Positions 47,697 through 57,972 of a DNA stretch of 64,000 nucleotides are shown here, piece by piece. The notes under the pieces are model-generated. The model made no database searches. It was not told where the DNA came from and saw only the letters and a program-made list of their open reading frames with translations. This DNA comes from an uncultured delta proteobacterium. GTDB lineage: Bacteria; Desulfobacterota; Desulfobacteria; Desulfobacterales; JAHEIW01. The stretch lies in contig CAVPNL010000015.1 of NCBI GenBank assembly GCA_963706575.1, forward strand, positions 384,001 to 448,000, written 5' to 3'. Position numbers and translations under genes: made by a program. Numbering within the stretch: the stretch's first letter is position 1; every line of letters starts with the position of its first letter.

Positions 47697-48722
47697 ATGA
47701 TCCGATCCGCAGTGATAAAAATAATCTGGCTCGGTTTTATCGCTTTGAGTCTGACGATGCCGCCTGCCGTGAGTGTGGCGAAGACGCTCCAGATCAAAAT
47801 TGCCACCTTGGCCCCGGAGGGAAGTTCGTGGATTAATACCTTTCATGCCATCGATGCAGAGGTGCGCACGAAAACTGATAAGCAGATCGGCTTTAAATTT
47901 TATCCCGGCGGGGTATTAGGGGATGAAAAAGATATGCTTAGAAAGATGCATATCGGACAGATTCACGCTGCCGCACTGACCTCTGCGGGCTTATCCGCTA
48001 TCTTCAGTGAAATGGATGTATTCCAGATCCCTTTTCTTTTTAAGTCGCATCATGAGGTCGATTATGTGATCGAAGAAATGGATGCATTTTTTCGAAAAGG
48101 ATTCGATGAAAACGGCTATGTCCTCTTGGGCTGGTCTGAGGGTGGATTTGTGCGCCTGATGTCAACCACGCCGGTGGCCACCCTGGATGATCTCAGAAAG
48201 GTCAAAGTCTGGACCTGGGAAGATTCACCCATGACCAAAGTGATATTTGACCAGGCCAATGTATCGGCCATTCCGCTTTCGGTGCCGGACGTTTTGGTCG
48301 GACTGCAAACCGGTCTGGTGGATGTGGTTTACGCCCCGCCGAGCGGCGCCATTGTCCTGCAATGGTTTACCAAAACCAAATACATGACCGACGTCAATCT
48401 GATCTACCTGATCGGGGGCCTGGTCATGCAGAAGAACGTATTTAATAAAATTTCGCCCGACCACCAGAAGATTCTTCTGGAAACCTGCCGGCGCCGGATG
48501 ATTGAGCTGAAAGCAACCGTCCGTAAAGAAAACCGGGAAGCGATTCAGGTGATGGTCAAACACGGTGTAAAAATCATTACCCCTACGCCGGCACAGGTCG
48601 CCGATTTTAAAAAAGTATCCGATCAAGCCATGCAGCGTCTGGAGGGCAAAAGCTTTTCTAAAAAGATACGGGATGAAGTCATCAGCAAAATAGAAACTTA
48701 CAGAAAGAATAACCCACAATGA
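47697..48722 (+). CDS. dctP: TRAP substrate-binding protein (TatP-type)
   Basis: Signal peptide; KIATLAPEGS, YPGGVLGDE, LQTGLVD. Confidence 0.9.
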   Translation: MIRSAVIKIIWLGFIALSLTMPPAVSVAKTLQIKIATLAPEGSSWINTFHAIDAEVRTKTDKQIGFKFYPGGVLGDEKDMLRKMHIGQIHAAALTSAGLSAIFSEMDVFQIPFLFKSHHEVDYVIEEMDAFFRKGFDENGYVLLGWSEGGFVRLMSTTPVATLDDLRKVKVWTWEDSPMTKVIFDQANVSAIPLSVPDVLVGLQTGLVDVVYAPPSGAIVLQWFTKTKYMTDVNLIYLIGGLVMQKNVFNKISPDHQKILLETCRRRMIELKATVRKENREAIQVMVKHGVKIITPTPAQVADFKKVSDQAMQRLEGKSFSKKIRDEVISKIETYRKNNPQ

Positions 48723-49234
48723 ACAGATGGCAAAGATGGGATGAAATCCTTGGCCGGGTAGAAAAATTCCTGGTGACTGCCATGCTGAGCACTATGATCC
48801 TGCTGGCATTTTTACAGATTATACTGCGAAATGTTTTTAGTAGCGGGATTTCCTGGGGGGATCCGCTGGTTCGCTATCTGGTTCTGTGGGTGGGGTTTAT
48901 CGGGGCCAGTCTGGCGACCAAGGAAGGAAAACATATCACCATCGAGGTGTTTTCAAGATGGTTTTCAGGGTCCGGCAACCGGTATCTCAAAGTGATTCCC
49001 CATCTGGTATCGGCCTTTATCTGCGGCCTGCTGACCTTTGCCGGTTGGACGTTTGTTCAAAATGAGGCCCAGATGGGCGGCACCACTTTTCTGGAAATTC
49101 CGGCCTGGATTCCCCAGGTCATTATTCCCACCACCTTTGCCCTGATGACCCTGCGTTTTGGATTCCGCGCTTTCACAAAGTTTGCGATGATTTTTAACCC
49201 CGACAATTTTAGCGAACACGGAAAGCCTTCATGA
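48719..49234 (+). CDS. dctQ: TRAP small permease
   Basis: 4 TM helices, LWVGFIGASLA...HI; ATGA overlap. Confidence 0.9.
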   Translation: MNRWQRWDEILGRVEKFLVTAMLSTMILLAFLQIILRNVFSSGISWGDPLVRYLVLWVGFIGASLATKEGKHITIEVFSRWFSGSGNRYLKVIPHLVSAFICGLLTFAGWTFVQNEAQMGGTTFLEIPAWIPQVIIPTTFALMTLRFGFRAFTKFAMIFNPDNFSEHGKPS

Positions 49235-50490
49235 TTCTTCTGGCCGTCCTTGCAGCCGTTCTTTTAATGCTGATCGGTGTGCCCGTTTTTATCGTCATCT
49301 GCGGGCTGGCCGTATATCTGTTTTTTATCAGCGGGATCGACCTGTCGGCCATCATCATCGAAATGCATCGTATGGCCACCACCCCGGTGCTGGTGGCCAT
49401 TCCGCTGTTTACCTTTGCGGGCTATCTTCTTTCAGAAAGCGGCGCCCCCAAACGGCTGATCCGGCTTTCAAACGCCGTCCTTGGCTGGCTGCCGGGAGGA
49501 CTTGCGGTCATCGCCCTGATTTGCTGCGCGATTTTTACAGCCCTGACCGGGGCCACCGGCCTGACCATCATTGCTCTGGGTGGAATCCTGCTGCCGGCAA
49601 TGACCCGGGGGAAATATCCGGAAGTCTTCTCACTGGGCCTATTGACCACCTCGGGAACGCTGGGACTGCTGTTTCCTCCCAGCCTGCCCCTGATCATCTA
49701 TGCCATCGTCGCCAAAGTCAGAATCGATCAGCTTTTCATTGCCGGCATTATACCCGGAATTTTGCTGGTGGTGCTGCTGTCGGTTTTCAGCATCAACCGG
49801 GCCGTTCAAAACAATATACCCAAAACGCGTTTACAGATATCTGAGATTTTGAGCGCCATAAAAGCAGCAGTGTGGGAACTGCCCCTGCCGCTGGTGGTTC
49901 TGGGCGGGATTTACAGCGGAAAGTTTGCCGTCAGCGAGGCTGCGGCAATTACGGCCGTGTATGTGCTGATTGTAGAAATTTTTATTTATCGGGATATTCG
50001 CTGGAAAGACCTGCCGGAAATTATGAAAAAAAGCATGGTCCTGGTCGGCGCGGTCTTGATTATTCTGGGTGCCGCCATGGGTCTGACCAACTATCTGATC
50101 GATGCCGAAATTCCAATGCAGATGCTGGAATTTTTCAAGCTCCACATCGAAAGCAAGATACTGTTTTTGATCGTATTAAATATTTTTCTGCTGGCGGTCG
50201 GCTGTACCATGGGAATTTTTTCAGCCCTGGTTGTGGTCGTCCCGCTGCTCTCGCCGATTGCTCAGGCCTACGGAATCGACCCCATTCACCTGGGAATCAT
50301 CTTTTTAGCCAATCTGGAAATCGGCGCTTCCATCCCTCCGCTGGGTATCAACCTGTTTATTGCCAGCATCCGCTTTGAAAGACCGGTTTTAAGGCTCTAT
50401 GTGGCCTCATTGCCCTTTATCGCCATCCTGCTGCTGGCCTTAGCCCTGATTACTTACATCCCCTGGATGAGTCTTGTATTGCTCAAATAG
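49231..50490 (+). CDS. dctM: TRAP large permease
   Basis: AIPLF, GTLGLLFPPS, LFIAGIIPG, GIDPIHLG, PPLG; ATGA overlap. Confidence 0.92.
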   Translation: MILLAVLAAVLLMLIGVPVFIVICGLAVYLFFISGIDLSAIIIEMHRMATTPVLVAIPLFTFAGYLLSESGAPKRLIRLSNAVLGWLPGGLAVIALICCAIFTALTGATGLTIIALGGILLPAMTRGKYPEVFSLGLLTTSGTLGLLFPPSLPLIIYAIVAKVRIDQLFIAGIIPGILLVVLLSVFSINRAVQNNIPKTRLQISEILSAIKAAVWELPLPLVVLGGIYSGKFAVSEAAAITAVYVLIVEIFIYRDIRWKDLPEIMKKSMVLVGAVLIILGAAMGLTNYLIDAEIPMQMLEFFKLHIESKILFLIVLNIFLLAVGCTMGIFSALVVVVPLLSPIAQAYGIDPIHLGIIFLANLEIGASIPPLGINLFIASIRFERPVLRLYVASLPFIAILLLALALITYIPWMSLVLLK

Positions 50491-50671
50491 CTTACCGAAA
50501 AATTGATAAGCTTTCCCGGCATACTTTGCCAAAATAACGACCAAAATGATTCCGATCACGGGAACCAGAATTGTTGTGGCCGGTCATAAAGGACCGCTTT
50601 CAAGCGGTAAAAACGAATTTAGATCGGCAAAATTGCTTTGAATCATCACAACTCCTATTCAGACGAATAAT

Positions 50672-50779
50672 TTAGCGATTAAACAAAACCATGCCGCTAA
50701 AAATAAGTATCATTCCGATCAGATGAAAGACCTTGAGATATTCGTCGAGCCAGATAATGGCCATTACCGACGCAAATAT
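50672..50779 (-). pseudogene. C-terminal remnant of a DMT/EamA-type transporter
   Basis: IFASVMAIIWLDEYLKVFHLIGMILIFSGMVLFNR* resembles EamA C-termini; an in-frame stop lies six codons upstream. Confidence 0.55.
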
Positions 50780-50861
50780 CGAATAATTCCAGCATTAAGT
50801 CAAGCACACCCAGACACATTGATGTTGACAGCAATTAGATTATAGTTAATATCAAATTGTT

Positions 50862-51143
50862 ATGGAAGAATCGCCCCATGAGGAATATGAGGAGCAAGAA
50901 AAGTATCCCCGGGTTAACACTTACTGGTGGATCCGGCAGATCATCTTAGTCGCAATCGCCGGGTTTTATCTGGTCTTCGGTATTCAACTGCTGGTTTCCG
51001 CCTACCAGCTCAATGATCCGACGTCTTTCATCTTTACCTTTTACGCATCCAATTTTATGATCCTGTTCAGCGGCGCCCTGCTGGTGGGCTTTATTTATCG
51101 TTTGGTGGTGACCTATCGCCGAACGCGAAGCAATCTCACCTGA
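50862..51143 (+). CDS. Small membrane protein (2 TM)
   Basis: Acidic N-terminus and two hydrophobic helices. Confidence 0.65.
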   Translation: MEESPHEEYEEQEKYPRVNTYWWIRQIILVAIAGFYLVFGIQLLVSAYQLNDPTSFIFTFYASNFMILFSGALLVGFIYRLVVTYRRTRSNLT

Positions 51144-51148
51144 GCCGA

Positions 51149-51496
51149 TCACTCCGCTTCCGTCAAACCTTCAACGATTTCAAGCGGAAAAGCAAATAAA
51201 ATGCCCTTGCCGGGCTCACAAAGATCTCCGCAGAAAGATTTGACAATTTCGATGGCTTTATTAAGGGTATCTTTATCCTTTACGACGGTCAGGATGATAC
51301 GGTTGGATGATTCAAGGTCGGTAATGACTTTGTTGATATGGTCCGAAAACTGTAACGACGCTTTTGTTTGCATAAGAATTCTTCCCATACCGGTGGCATT
51401 TATGACCGTTGAGCCTTTAATGCCTGCGTCGGCAAAACCGGCCATAATATCTGACAGCAGCTGAGTTTGTTCTAAAATACTAACCAGCAAATACAT
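51149..51496 (-). CDS. P-II-like signalling protein
   Basis: GIKGSTVINATGMGR and GDLCEPGKGILF follow the PII T-loop/B-loop pattern; GGAGG RBS. Confidence 0.75.
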   Translation of the reverse strand: MYLLVSILEQTQLLSDIMAGFADAGIKGSTVINATGMGRILMQTKASLQFSDHINKVITDLESSNRIILTVVKDKDTLNKAIEIVKSFCGDLCEPGKGILFAFPLEIVEGLTEAE

Positions 51497-51932
51497 TGAA
51501 CACCTCCATTTTCGATTTAAAAATTTTGGCAGCTAATTTTTTGGAAAAGATTACCGGCACATCCGGCTGTTTGGTGAATTTAAATTTAACAAAATCACCG
51601 AATAAGCGTCTGCTTCCCGCTTCAGTTGATATATCCGTCCACGGGAAAAACAACGGCGGGTGGCCAACCCGAAAAATCGGAAATACCGACAGATAAAGCC
51701 CATATTTGTTGGCGCCAACAGTTACGCAATTGTTGTAATTCGTCCATCGGCGCATGCCAACACTTTTTAACCACATTTTCTGACCGTCAAATGCTGAATT
51801 CGCCCGATAGTCCTGGGACAATATTTTCCAACCACCGACAGCAGATATTACCTTACAAACACCAACCCAAATAATGATGAAAAATAATAAATAGGCCGGT
51901 ACGGAAAACAGCTCAAATTGATTTAGATACAT
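51480..51932 (-). CDS. Hypothetical membrane-anchored protein
   Basis: N-terminal TM, GGW..L...Y, GL.LS...FR.GHPPL..PW. Confidence 0.7.
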   Translation of the reverse strand: MYLNQFELFSVPAYLLFFIIIWVGVCKVISAVGGWKILSQDYRANSAFDGQKMWLKSVGMRRWTNYNNCVTVGANKYGLYLSVFPIFRVGHPPLFFPWTDISTEAGSRRLFGDFVKFKFTKQPDVPVIFSKKLAAKIFKSKMEVFNVFAG

Positions 51933-51942
51933 GATTAAGCTT

Positions 51943-53091
51943 TCAGCATTGACGGATCGAATGTTTAATTTTTAGGATCCACCTGTTTTGTTCCGCCTGT
52001 TTGACAGCCAGTCTAGAAGTGTCCGCCTTACCGTAATAGCTTTGTAGCCCGGAGTTCATTATCAATTTTCTCAGCACGGGATTGAATATGAAAATAGATT
52101 TTAAATTTTTTAGAAATATATTTTTCCTGAGTTGGCGAGTCTTCTCTTGATACCGTTTTTCAAACCCATCGAGTGTGCTTCGCAAGGCGTCTGCCAGCAT
52201 CAGAGCAGTTTTAAAAGCATAGCTGATTCCTTCTGCTGAACTGGGGCTGATCCAGCCCGCCGCTTCACCCAGCAAGGCAATTCCCTGTCCGCCGGTAAAC
52301 AATTGACTTTGCTTAACCGGCCTAAAAATCAGGGTGCCTTCTCTAAATACGGTTTTGCCAAACTTCATACCGTATCTGGAAAGTGTTGCTTTCAGCAGTG
52401 CAAATTTTTCAGCGGCCCTTTCTTTATAAGGCAGAGCCGCGCCGATCAGCAGATAGTTTCCCTTCGGAATGGTCCAGCAATAATAATCGGTGATGTTGCG
52501 ATCAAAAATTGAAGTGAAGTAAGGAAAATCGTTTTTGCGCTCAACCCATTCCTGAATGGCGACATATTTTTTAGGAAAAAGCTGCCGGGGGGCGGATTGG
52601 GTGCGAATTTTTGATTTGGCCCCGTCTGCGCCGACTAAAATTCTGGCTTTCTCCGCAAAGGTTCTTTTTTGGTGCACAAGTGAGAGCTTGAAACCGTTGT
52701 CTTGCGAAGAATACGATTGCAGCCGGCAATGGGTTCGAATGTCGACAGTGGCGGGTACCAGCGAAAGTAGCCAGGAATCAAACTTTTTCCGGTTCATATT
52801 GATATAGTGGCGCTGATAATATTTTTCCAACCCCTGGCACAAATCTATGGATTTAACAACAAAAAGCTGAGGGTCCTCTAAAACGCTTTTAGGCAGGCCC
52901 AAACCCAGTTTTGACAGCATCATCTGTGCATCCGGGGCCAGAAGCCCGCCGCAGCATTTTATCGAAGAAAAATTTTCAGACCAATCGGGCAGCTGCCGCT
53001 TTTCGATTAATAAAACTTTATAACGGTCCCCGATGAGCCTGGCGAGTGTGGTTCCGGCGGGACCGGCACCTATGATGGCCACATCATACAT
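51943..53091 (-). CDS. cbrA: FAD-dependent oxidoreductase, CbrA-like
   Basis: GAGPAG, KCCGGLLAPDAQ, PQLF.VK, YQRHYIN, GADGA, KYVAIQEW, GEAAGWISPSSAEGISYA align with E. coli CbrA as I recall it. Confidence 0.8.
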   Translation of the reverse strand: MYDVAIIGAGPAGTTLARLIGDRYKVLLIEKRQLPDWSENFSSIKCCGGLLAPDAQMMLSKLGLGLPKSVLEDPQLFVVKSIDLCQGLEKYYQRHYINMNRKKFDSWLLSLVPATVDIRTHCRLQSYSSQDNGFKLSLVHQKRTFAEKARILVGADGAKSKIRTQSAPRQLFPKKYVAIQEWVERKNDFPYFTSIFDRNITDYYCWTIPKGNYLLIGAALPYKERAAEKFALLKATLSRYGMKFGKTVFREGTLIFRPVKQSQLFTGGQGIALLGEAAGWISPSSAEGISYAFKTALMLADALRSTLDGFEKRYQEKTRQLRKNIFLKNLKSIFIFNPVLRKLIMNSGLQSYYGKADTSRLAVKQAEQNRWILKIKHSIRQC

Positions 53092-53125
53092 AAAATCTAT
53101 TTCGCCCACTGATTTTTATACGGCT

Positions 53126-53818
53126 TCACTTCAAACTCGCTGACCGGTGCGACTTGACGTGCAACCAGATGTCCATACCGATTTTGAAAAAAATAAGGAC
53201 GCAAAGCAGCCCGACCGGTGACCCCAGCATCATAACGAACACGCCGCCGGCAATGATGGCCACGTGCATCAAAACAATTCGTTTGTACGGTCGCATCATG
53301 ATTTGATTGATTTTTAGCGACAGGTATTCCTGTCCCAATAAAAAGTTCTTCACAAAAGATATCCCGTGGCTGACGGCCAGCCCCAGAACCGGCCACTCCA
53401 GTCCCGGCGGCCGGCTTTGCCACAGTTGCATGACAACCGAATAGAGCAGTTGCAAAAATATCAAAGGACCCATCCATGGGTCTCCGGGGGTAAGGGCGTT
53501 CCAATCGACCCCGATTTTAAAAAAGGTCAATAGAAAAAAGCCATGAACGGCACAAAAGCCGCCAAAGTGTACACAGAAAAAGGGGATCATAAACAACTTC
53601 TGAAATTGCCCGGCGGCAGATTCAGCTTTTACCAGAATCATCCTGAGGACGTTGAACAATCCGATAATTAAATTCTCGATCCAGTAAAGAAGGACGATAG
53701 CGGCCGCATCCCAGCCCAGAAAAACAACGCCGAACAGGGGCGCCAGATTGGCGACCGTAAGGGCCTGTATGGAAAGTGAGGGCTTTTGCAGATTTTTATG
53801 GGAGATAATTTGCTTCAT
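53126..53818 (-). CDS. DUF6498-like membrane protein
   Basis: ANLAPLFGV...W, YWIEN, FFCVHFGGF..VHG, PYKRIVLMH. Confidence 0.7.
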   Translation of the reverse strand: MKQIISHKNLQKPSLSIQALTVANLAPLFGVVFLGWDAAAIVLLYWIENLIIGLFNVLRMILVKAESAAGQFQKLFMIPFFCVHFGGFCAVHGFFLLTFFKIGVDWNALTPGDPWMGPLIFLQLLYSVVMQLWQSRPPGLEWPVLGLAVSHGISFVKNFLLGQEYLSLKINQIMMRPYKRIVLMHVAIIAGGVFVMMLGSPVGLLCVLIFFKIGMDIWLHVKSHRSASLK

Positions 53819-54004
53819 GGGTTATGAATATTTTCGCATATCGTGCTCAAAAAAGCAAAAAAAGGAACCTATATCCCTAAATTTACTGACAAATGCTTTT
53901 TAGACACCGGCAGGATCGATTCACCATCACTATTCATGTTTTTTGGAAATTGGTACCCGAATTAAGCCATGGAGGAAAACAACTTCGTGTCATACGAAAC
54001 TGTC

Positions 54005-54700
54005 TCAGCTAACTGTAGGCGGGTCGCTCTCAGGTTTAACCTTCTCTTGATACAGGCAATAGAACCGGAACACTAAAATCAGGCTCAGCCATCCAAATAT
54101 TGAAAAAAGTGAATCGACCAATGTTCCGAAATATAGATTATAAAGCCCGATCTGATTCAGAAACAGTTGAATTAATAATAAGGAGGCGACAAGTAAAAAG
54201 CCGATAATAATGAGAGAATTGGCGATCTGCCAGGTATATCCTTTGGTGACCTGAGCACTTTTCTTTAAGGCATCAACGGGTTTTAGATCATCCAGAACAA
54301 TAAAAAAGCAGTAAAACGACAACCGCACGGCAATGATGATACCGGGGACAATAAATACCAGCAAACCCAGAAAGGTAAAGGAAATGTAAATTAAAGAACC
54401 GACAACCAGGTTAAAGAGACATCTGCGGCTGTCTGTGAAGCATTTTTTAAGATCTATTTTGCTTCCCCGGATAATCATCGCATATAAGGAAATTTGGGCG
54501 CCGGTTGAAAGCGGATAAATAATTAAGGTGGCCATAAGAAGGAGAAGACCGACATTGTTGGAAAATTCAGATGAGGTATTACTGAAATAGTGGATATTTT
54601 GAATCAAAATATAAGGGAACTCAATGGTCAGTGTCAGAATTGAAATCGGCCATATATTTTTTTTAAAAAACTGAAAAATATCTTTAAGCAATTCCAGCAA
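54005..54700 (-). CDS. YciC-like integral membrane protein
   Basis: About 6 TM helices, GLLVFIVPGI...RLSF, ALKKS...TKG; TTG start after AAAGGTGG. Confidence 0.7.
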   Translation of the reverse strand: MLELLKDIFQFFKKNIWPISILTLTIEFPYILIQNIHYFSNTSSEFSNNVGLLLLMATLIIYPLSTGAQISLYAMIIRGSKIDLKKCFTDSRRCLFNLVVGSLIYISFTFLGLLVFIVPGIIIAVRLSFYCFFIVLDDLKPVDALKKSAQVTKGYTWQIANSLIIIGFLLVASLLLIQLFLNQIGLYNLYFGTLVDSLFSIFGWLSLILVFRFYCLYQEKVKPESDPPTVS

Positions 54701-54812
54701 AATAGATCCACCTTTGGTTTGAAGTGATTTTCGATCCCGCAATTTAAAGACGCTGCCAGCAACAAAACAAATGGGCTGCAGCTTCTCATATCATTAATCA
54801 CCCGACTGTCGG

Positions 54813-55766
54813 TTAATCAAGGCTTCGGAAGAACTGCCAGATCTCATCACAGCCATTAATGTCGCGGCTCGTGCGACCGACCCACTTCACCGGCAGGTAC
54901 TGCCGCCCATCGGGCCACGTGTGCCCACCGCCCTCGATACGATAAAGTACCACTTTCGATTCATTTTTGCACTGGGAATATTCAATTTTGGTCACGCGGG
55001 TCCCATCGGCCGCAACGTCCGGAAGCTCGGCTATCACGGCTTCCGGGCTGCAGCGGTTCTTCCGCCGCCAGATGTGGATGGTCTCATCGGTAGAGAGCAC
55101 CACGCCTCTTTGCCGGCGAAAAACCGCGATTTGCCCACCGTTATAAGGCACTAGCGGATCTGCGGTGCCGTTGAAAACCACAAGACTGACCGCGGACTCG
55201 GAATAGCAAAGCGGCGCAATGGCGGCCGGGATCTGGGCGGTAACCGCTGCAATGGCGCGAATGGTATCGGGCAGGCCGCAACCCAGCTGAAATGACATCA
55301 GCCCGCCGTTTGAGATGCCGGTTACAAAAATTCGCTTCGTATCAATCGGGTACCGGGTGATCAGATCCTCGATCAAGGCCCGCAAAAAGCCGACATCATC
55401 GATGCCTTTGCGGTGGGCGCCTGAAATTTTGTCCTGCCGGCCATCATTCCAGGAATTGTCGATGCCCTGCGGGTAAACCACAAAAAAGCCATCGCGGTCG
55501 GCCAGCTCGTTGAACCTTCTGTTTGTCAGCCGGAGCATCCCGCGATTTGTGCCGCCACCACCGTGCAGCACCAGCAACAGCGGCCGCGCGCTGGAATGCT
55601 CAGTCTTAAAGGACGGTTGATACAAAATATATCGGCGCTCCAGCCCACTGTGGCTAAAGGTGCTTTCAGTCTGCTGCGGGGCGTGCGCACACGAAAACAA
55701 AACGAAAAGCAATACGCCCGCTAGGACGATTTCTGCAACAAAATATATGTCTTTAGAACGAATCAA
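54813..55766 (-). CDS. PHB-depolymerase/LpqC family esterase, probable lipoprotein
   Basis: LHGGGG, VVYPQG..WN, DDVGF, GISNGG, GTADPLVP, GGGHTWP. Confidence 0.88.
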   Translation of the reverse strand: MIRSKDIYFVAEIVLAGVLLFVLFSCAHAPQQTESTFSHSGLERRYILYQPSFKTEHSSARPLLLVLHGGGGTNRGMLRLTNRRFNELADRDGFFVVYPQGIDNSWNDGRQDKISGAHRKGIDDVGFLRALIEDLITRYPIDTKRIFVTGISNGGLMSFQLGCGLPDTIRAIAAVTAQIPAAIAPLCYSESAVSLVVFNGTADPLVPYNGGQIAVFRRQRGVVLSTDETIHIWRRKNRCSPEAVIAELPDVAADGTRVTKIEYSQCKNESKVVLYRIEGGGHTWPDGRQYLPVKWVGRTSRDINGCDEIWQFFRSLD

Positions 55767-55900
55767 GGCGGTGCACCGAGCTCAGGAAGATTTAGCCATA
55801 CCAACTGATTGAGTATCTCTCATATAGTGCAATGGGCAATCTCGAGTCTAATCAGAGCCCTTGTCGAAACAGGTCAAGAGTGCTGCCTTCCGGCACTGCC

Positions 55901-56335
55901 TTATTTCACTACCAGCCAGACACCCAGCAGCATCATGCAAAGGCCCAGCGAGCGCGATATGTCCATCGGGCGAATAACAGCGCCGAAAAATCCGAAATGA
56001 TCTATCAGGGAAGCAATCAGAAACTGCGAAGTAACGGTCAGTGTAAATCCTTTTGCAACGCCCAAGCGGGGCACGACATAACCGATTGAACCGACAATGA
56101 CCAGGCCCAATATCCCGGTGAAGAGAGCATACCACGGGACGCTCTGCCAGTTTTTTAGATTGCCGCCGCGAAAAGCGATCAAGATCAGCGCAATAATTAA
56201 CCCGCCGCCGACATAGGTCACAAATACGCTGGCTATGGTTCCCAGGGCACGATCCAGCAAACCCATGAACTGGCCCTGCAGGGCGATGGCGATCCCACCC
56301 ATAATTGCAATACAGATCAGAAAAACAGTGCTCAT
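55901..56335 (-). CDS. DMT family YdcZ (DUF606) transporter
   Basis: GGIAIALQ, PWY..F.G.LG, PRLG, Q.....IDHFG; GGAGG RBS. Confidence 0.85.
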   Translation of the reverse strand: MSTVFLICIAIMGGIAIALQGQFMGLLDRALGTIASVFVTYVGGGLIIALILIAFRGGNLKNWQSVPWYALFTGILGLVIVGSIGYVVPRLGVAKGFTLTVTSQFLIASLIDHFGFFGAVIRPMDISRSLGLCMMLLGVWLVVK

Positions 56336-56460
56336 TTGCCAATCCCTCCATTACGGTTCATAAATTAATTGATGTCTTGATCTGATGCGCGCTCTCTGTT
56401 ATTTGACGGGTCTGGTTTAATTTTGCAACAGCAAATACCGCCTTTGGCAAATTAGCGAAC

Positions 56461-57756
56461 ATGACCCTGTTGGAACACATACCGGCCATCGTTAAAATGA
56501 TATTGATCTTTTTTCTGGTGCTGATATGCATCCGAAAAAAGCTTTCTCTGGGCAATGCCTTTTTGCTGGGAAGCCTGTTTTTAAGCTTTTTATTCGGGCT
56601 GAAACCCCAGGCAACATTAACGTCCATTTTCGCATCCATTACCGATCCCAAAACCCTGTCCATTGCCGTGGTCGTTTCCCTTATTCTGGTCCTTAGCAGC
56701 AGTATGGAGCTGGCCGGCCAGATGCAGCGTATGCTGAAAAACTTTCAAGGCCTGGTTGCGAGTCCGCGGCTGAATCTGATCGTTTTCCCGGCTCTGATCG
56801 GATTGTTACCCATGCCGGGAGGCGCCATCTTTTCGGCGCCCATGGTCAAAGAACTGGGAATGCGATCAAAACTTACCGAAGCCCAGTTGAGTTTTGTCAA
56901 TTACTGGTTTCGCCATATCTGGGAACACTGGTGGCCCCTTTATCCAGGAATTCTTTTGACCACCGTTATCACTGAAATCAGCCTTCTTGCCATCATTGCA
57001 ATCATGTGCCCGTTTACGGCCGTTGCCGTATGGCTGGGTTACCGCGCCTTAAAAGGTCCCGGCAGCCTCCCAGCAAACGATAACAAAAATCTGCGCCTGC
57101 CGCTGTGGCCTTTTATCAAAGAGCTGCTGCCTATTCTTGTGGTGATATTTCCGGGCCTGGGGATGGGGGTCCTTTTGTCAAAATTATTTCCAGCGTTGCC
57201 GGTATCAAAGGAAATCGGTCTGATCCTGGCCCTCTGTATGGCGATTGCCTGGGTTTGGTATCAAAACGGAACATCTAAAAAACAGATTATATCGACGCTG
57301 ACCAATCCTCAGCTCCTAAAAATGATGTACATGATCGCCGGCATATTGATCTTTAAAGGCATCTTAACTGACAGCCGGGCTGCTGCTGCCGTCAGTCAGG
57401 AGCTCATCCAGATGCATATCCCCCTGGTGCTGATCGCCGTGATGCTGCCGCTTCTGGTTGGCATGTCGGGTGGCATTGTTATCGCCTTTGTGGGCAGTAC
57501 CCTTCCCATTTTAGTGCCCATGATCCAGTCTCTGGGTGAAGCGCAGTTCCTGCCGGCCTATGTCATGCTGATCCTTGTCAGCGGCTTTACGGGAGTCATG
57601 CTTTCGCCGATGCACCTGTGTTTCCTTTTATCCAATGAGTACTTCGGTGTCCCCCTGGGATCCGTCTATCGGCATCTGTGGAAACCCTGCGCTTCACTGG
57701 TCGCCGCCGCTATGGTCTATTTTTGGATTCTGCACGCGTTGTGGGGCTGGATCTAG
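56461..57756 (+). CDS. DUF401 family membrane transporter
   Basis: PALIGLLPMPGGA.FSAP, NYWFRHIWE..WPLYP, SPMHLC. Confidence 0.85.
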   Translation: MTLLEHIPAIVKMILIFFLVLICIRKKLSLGNAFLLGSLFLSFLFGLKPQATLTSIFASITDPKTLSIAVVVSLILVLSSSMELAGQMQRMLKNFQGLVASPRLNLIVFPALIGLLPMPGGAIFSAPMVKELGMRSKLTEAQLSFVNYWFRHIWEHWWPLYPGILLTTVITEISLLAIIAIMCPFTAVAVWLGYRALKGPGSLPANDNKNLRLPLWPFIKELLPILVVIFPGLGMGVLLSKLFPALPVSKEIGLILALCMAIAWVWYQNGTSKKQIISTLTNPQLLKMMYMIAGILIFKGILTDSRAAAAVSQELIQMHIPLVLIAVMLPLLVGMSGGIVIAFVGSTLPILVPMIQSLGEAQFLPAYVMLILVSGFTGVMLSPMHLCFLLSNEYFGVPLGSVYRHLWKPCASLVAAAMVYFWILHALWGWI

Positions 57757-57765
57757 CTTTGTGGT

Positions 57766-57969
57766 TAGAAGTGGTTTCAAAACCTCAGATCAGGTTCAAG
57801 GGCAAGGCGTCAGGCCGATCGGGAAAGTCGTTGTTCTCAGCATACATGGGTATGTGAGCATTTACCGGAGGCCTGTGCTGCACCCTAGTGCATAAAATTA
57901 GATGCGAATCCCGCGCTAGCGGGGCAACGCAGCCATTGGGCCTTAGATGGGGTTTTGAAACCACTTCTA
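57766..57969. mobile_element. MITE-like element, 204 bp, perfect 19-bp terminal inverted repeats
   Basis: TAGAAGTGGTTTCAAAACC (57766-57784) and GGTTTTGAAACCACTTCTA (57951-57969). Confidence 0.75.
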
Positions 57970-57972
57970 GCG

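Noticed and set aside
50584..50586. In-frame TGA as selenocysteine
   Set aside because: No redox motif context and no clear SECIS hairpin; a nonsense mutation is simpler
50862..56335. Possible integron cassette array
   Set aside because: No convincing attC (RYYYAAC...GTTRRRY) sites between genes and no integrase in the window
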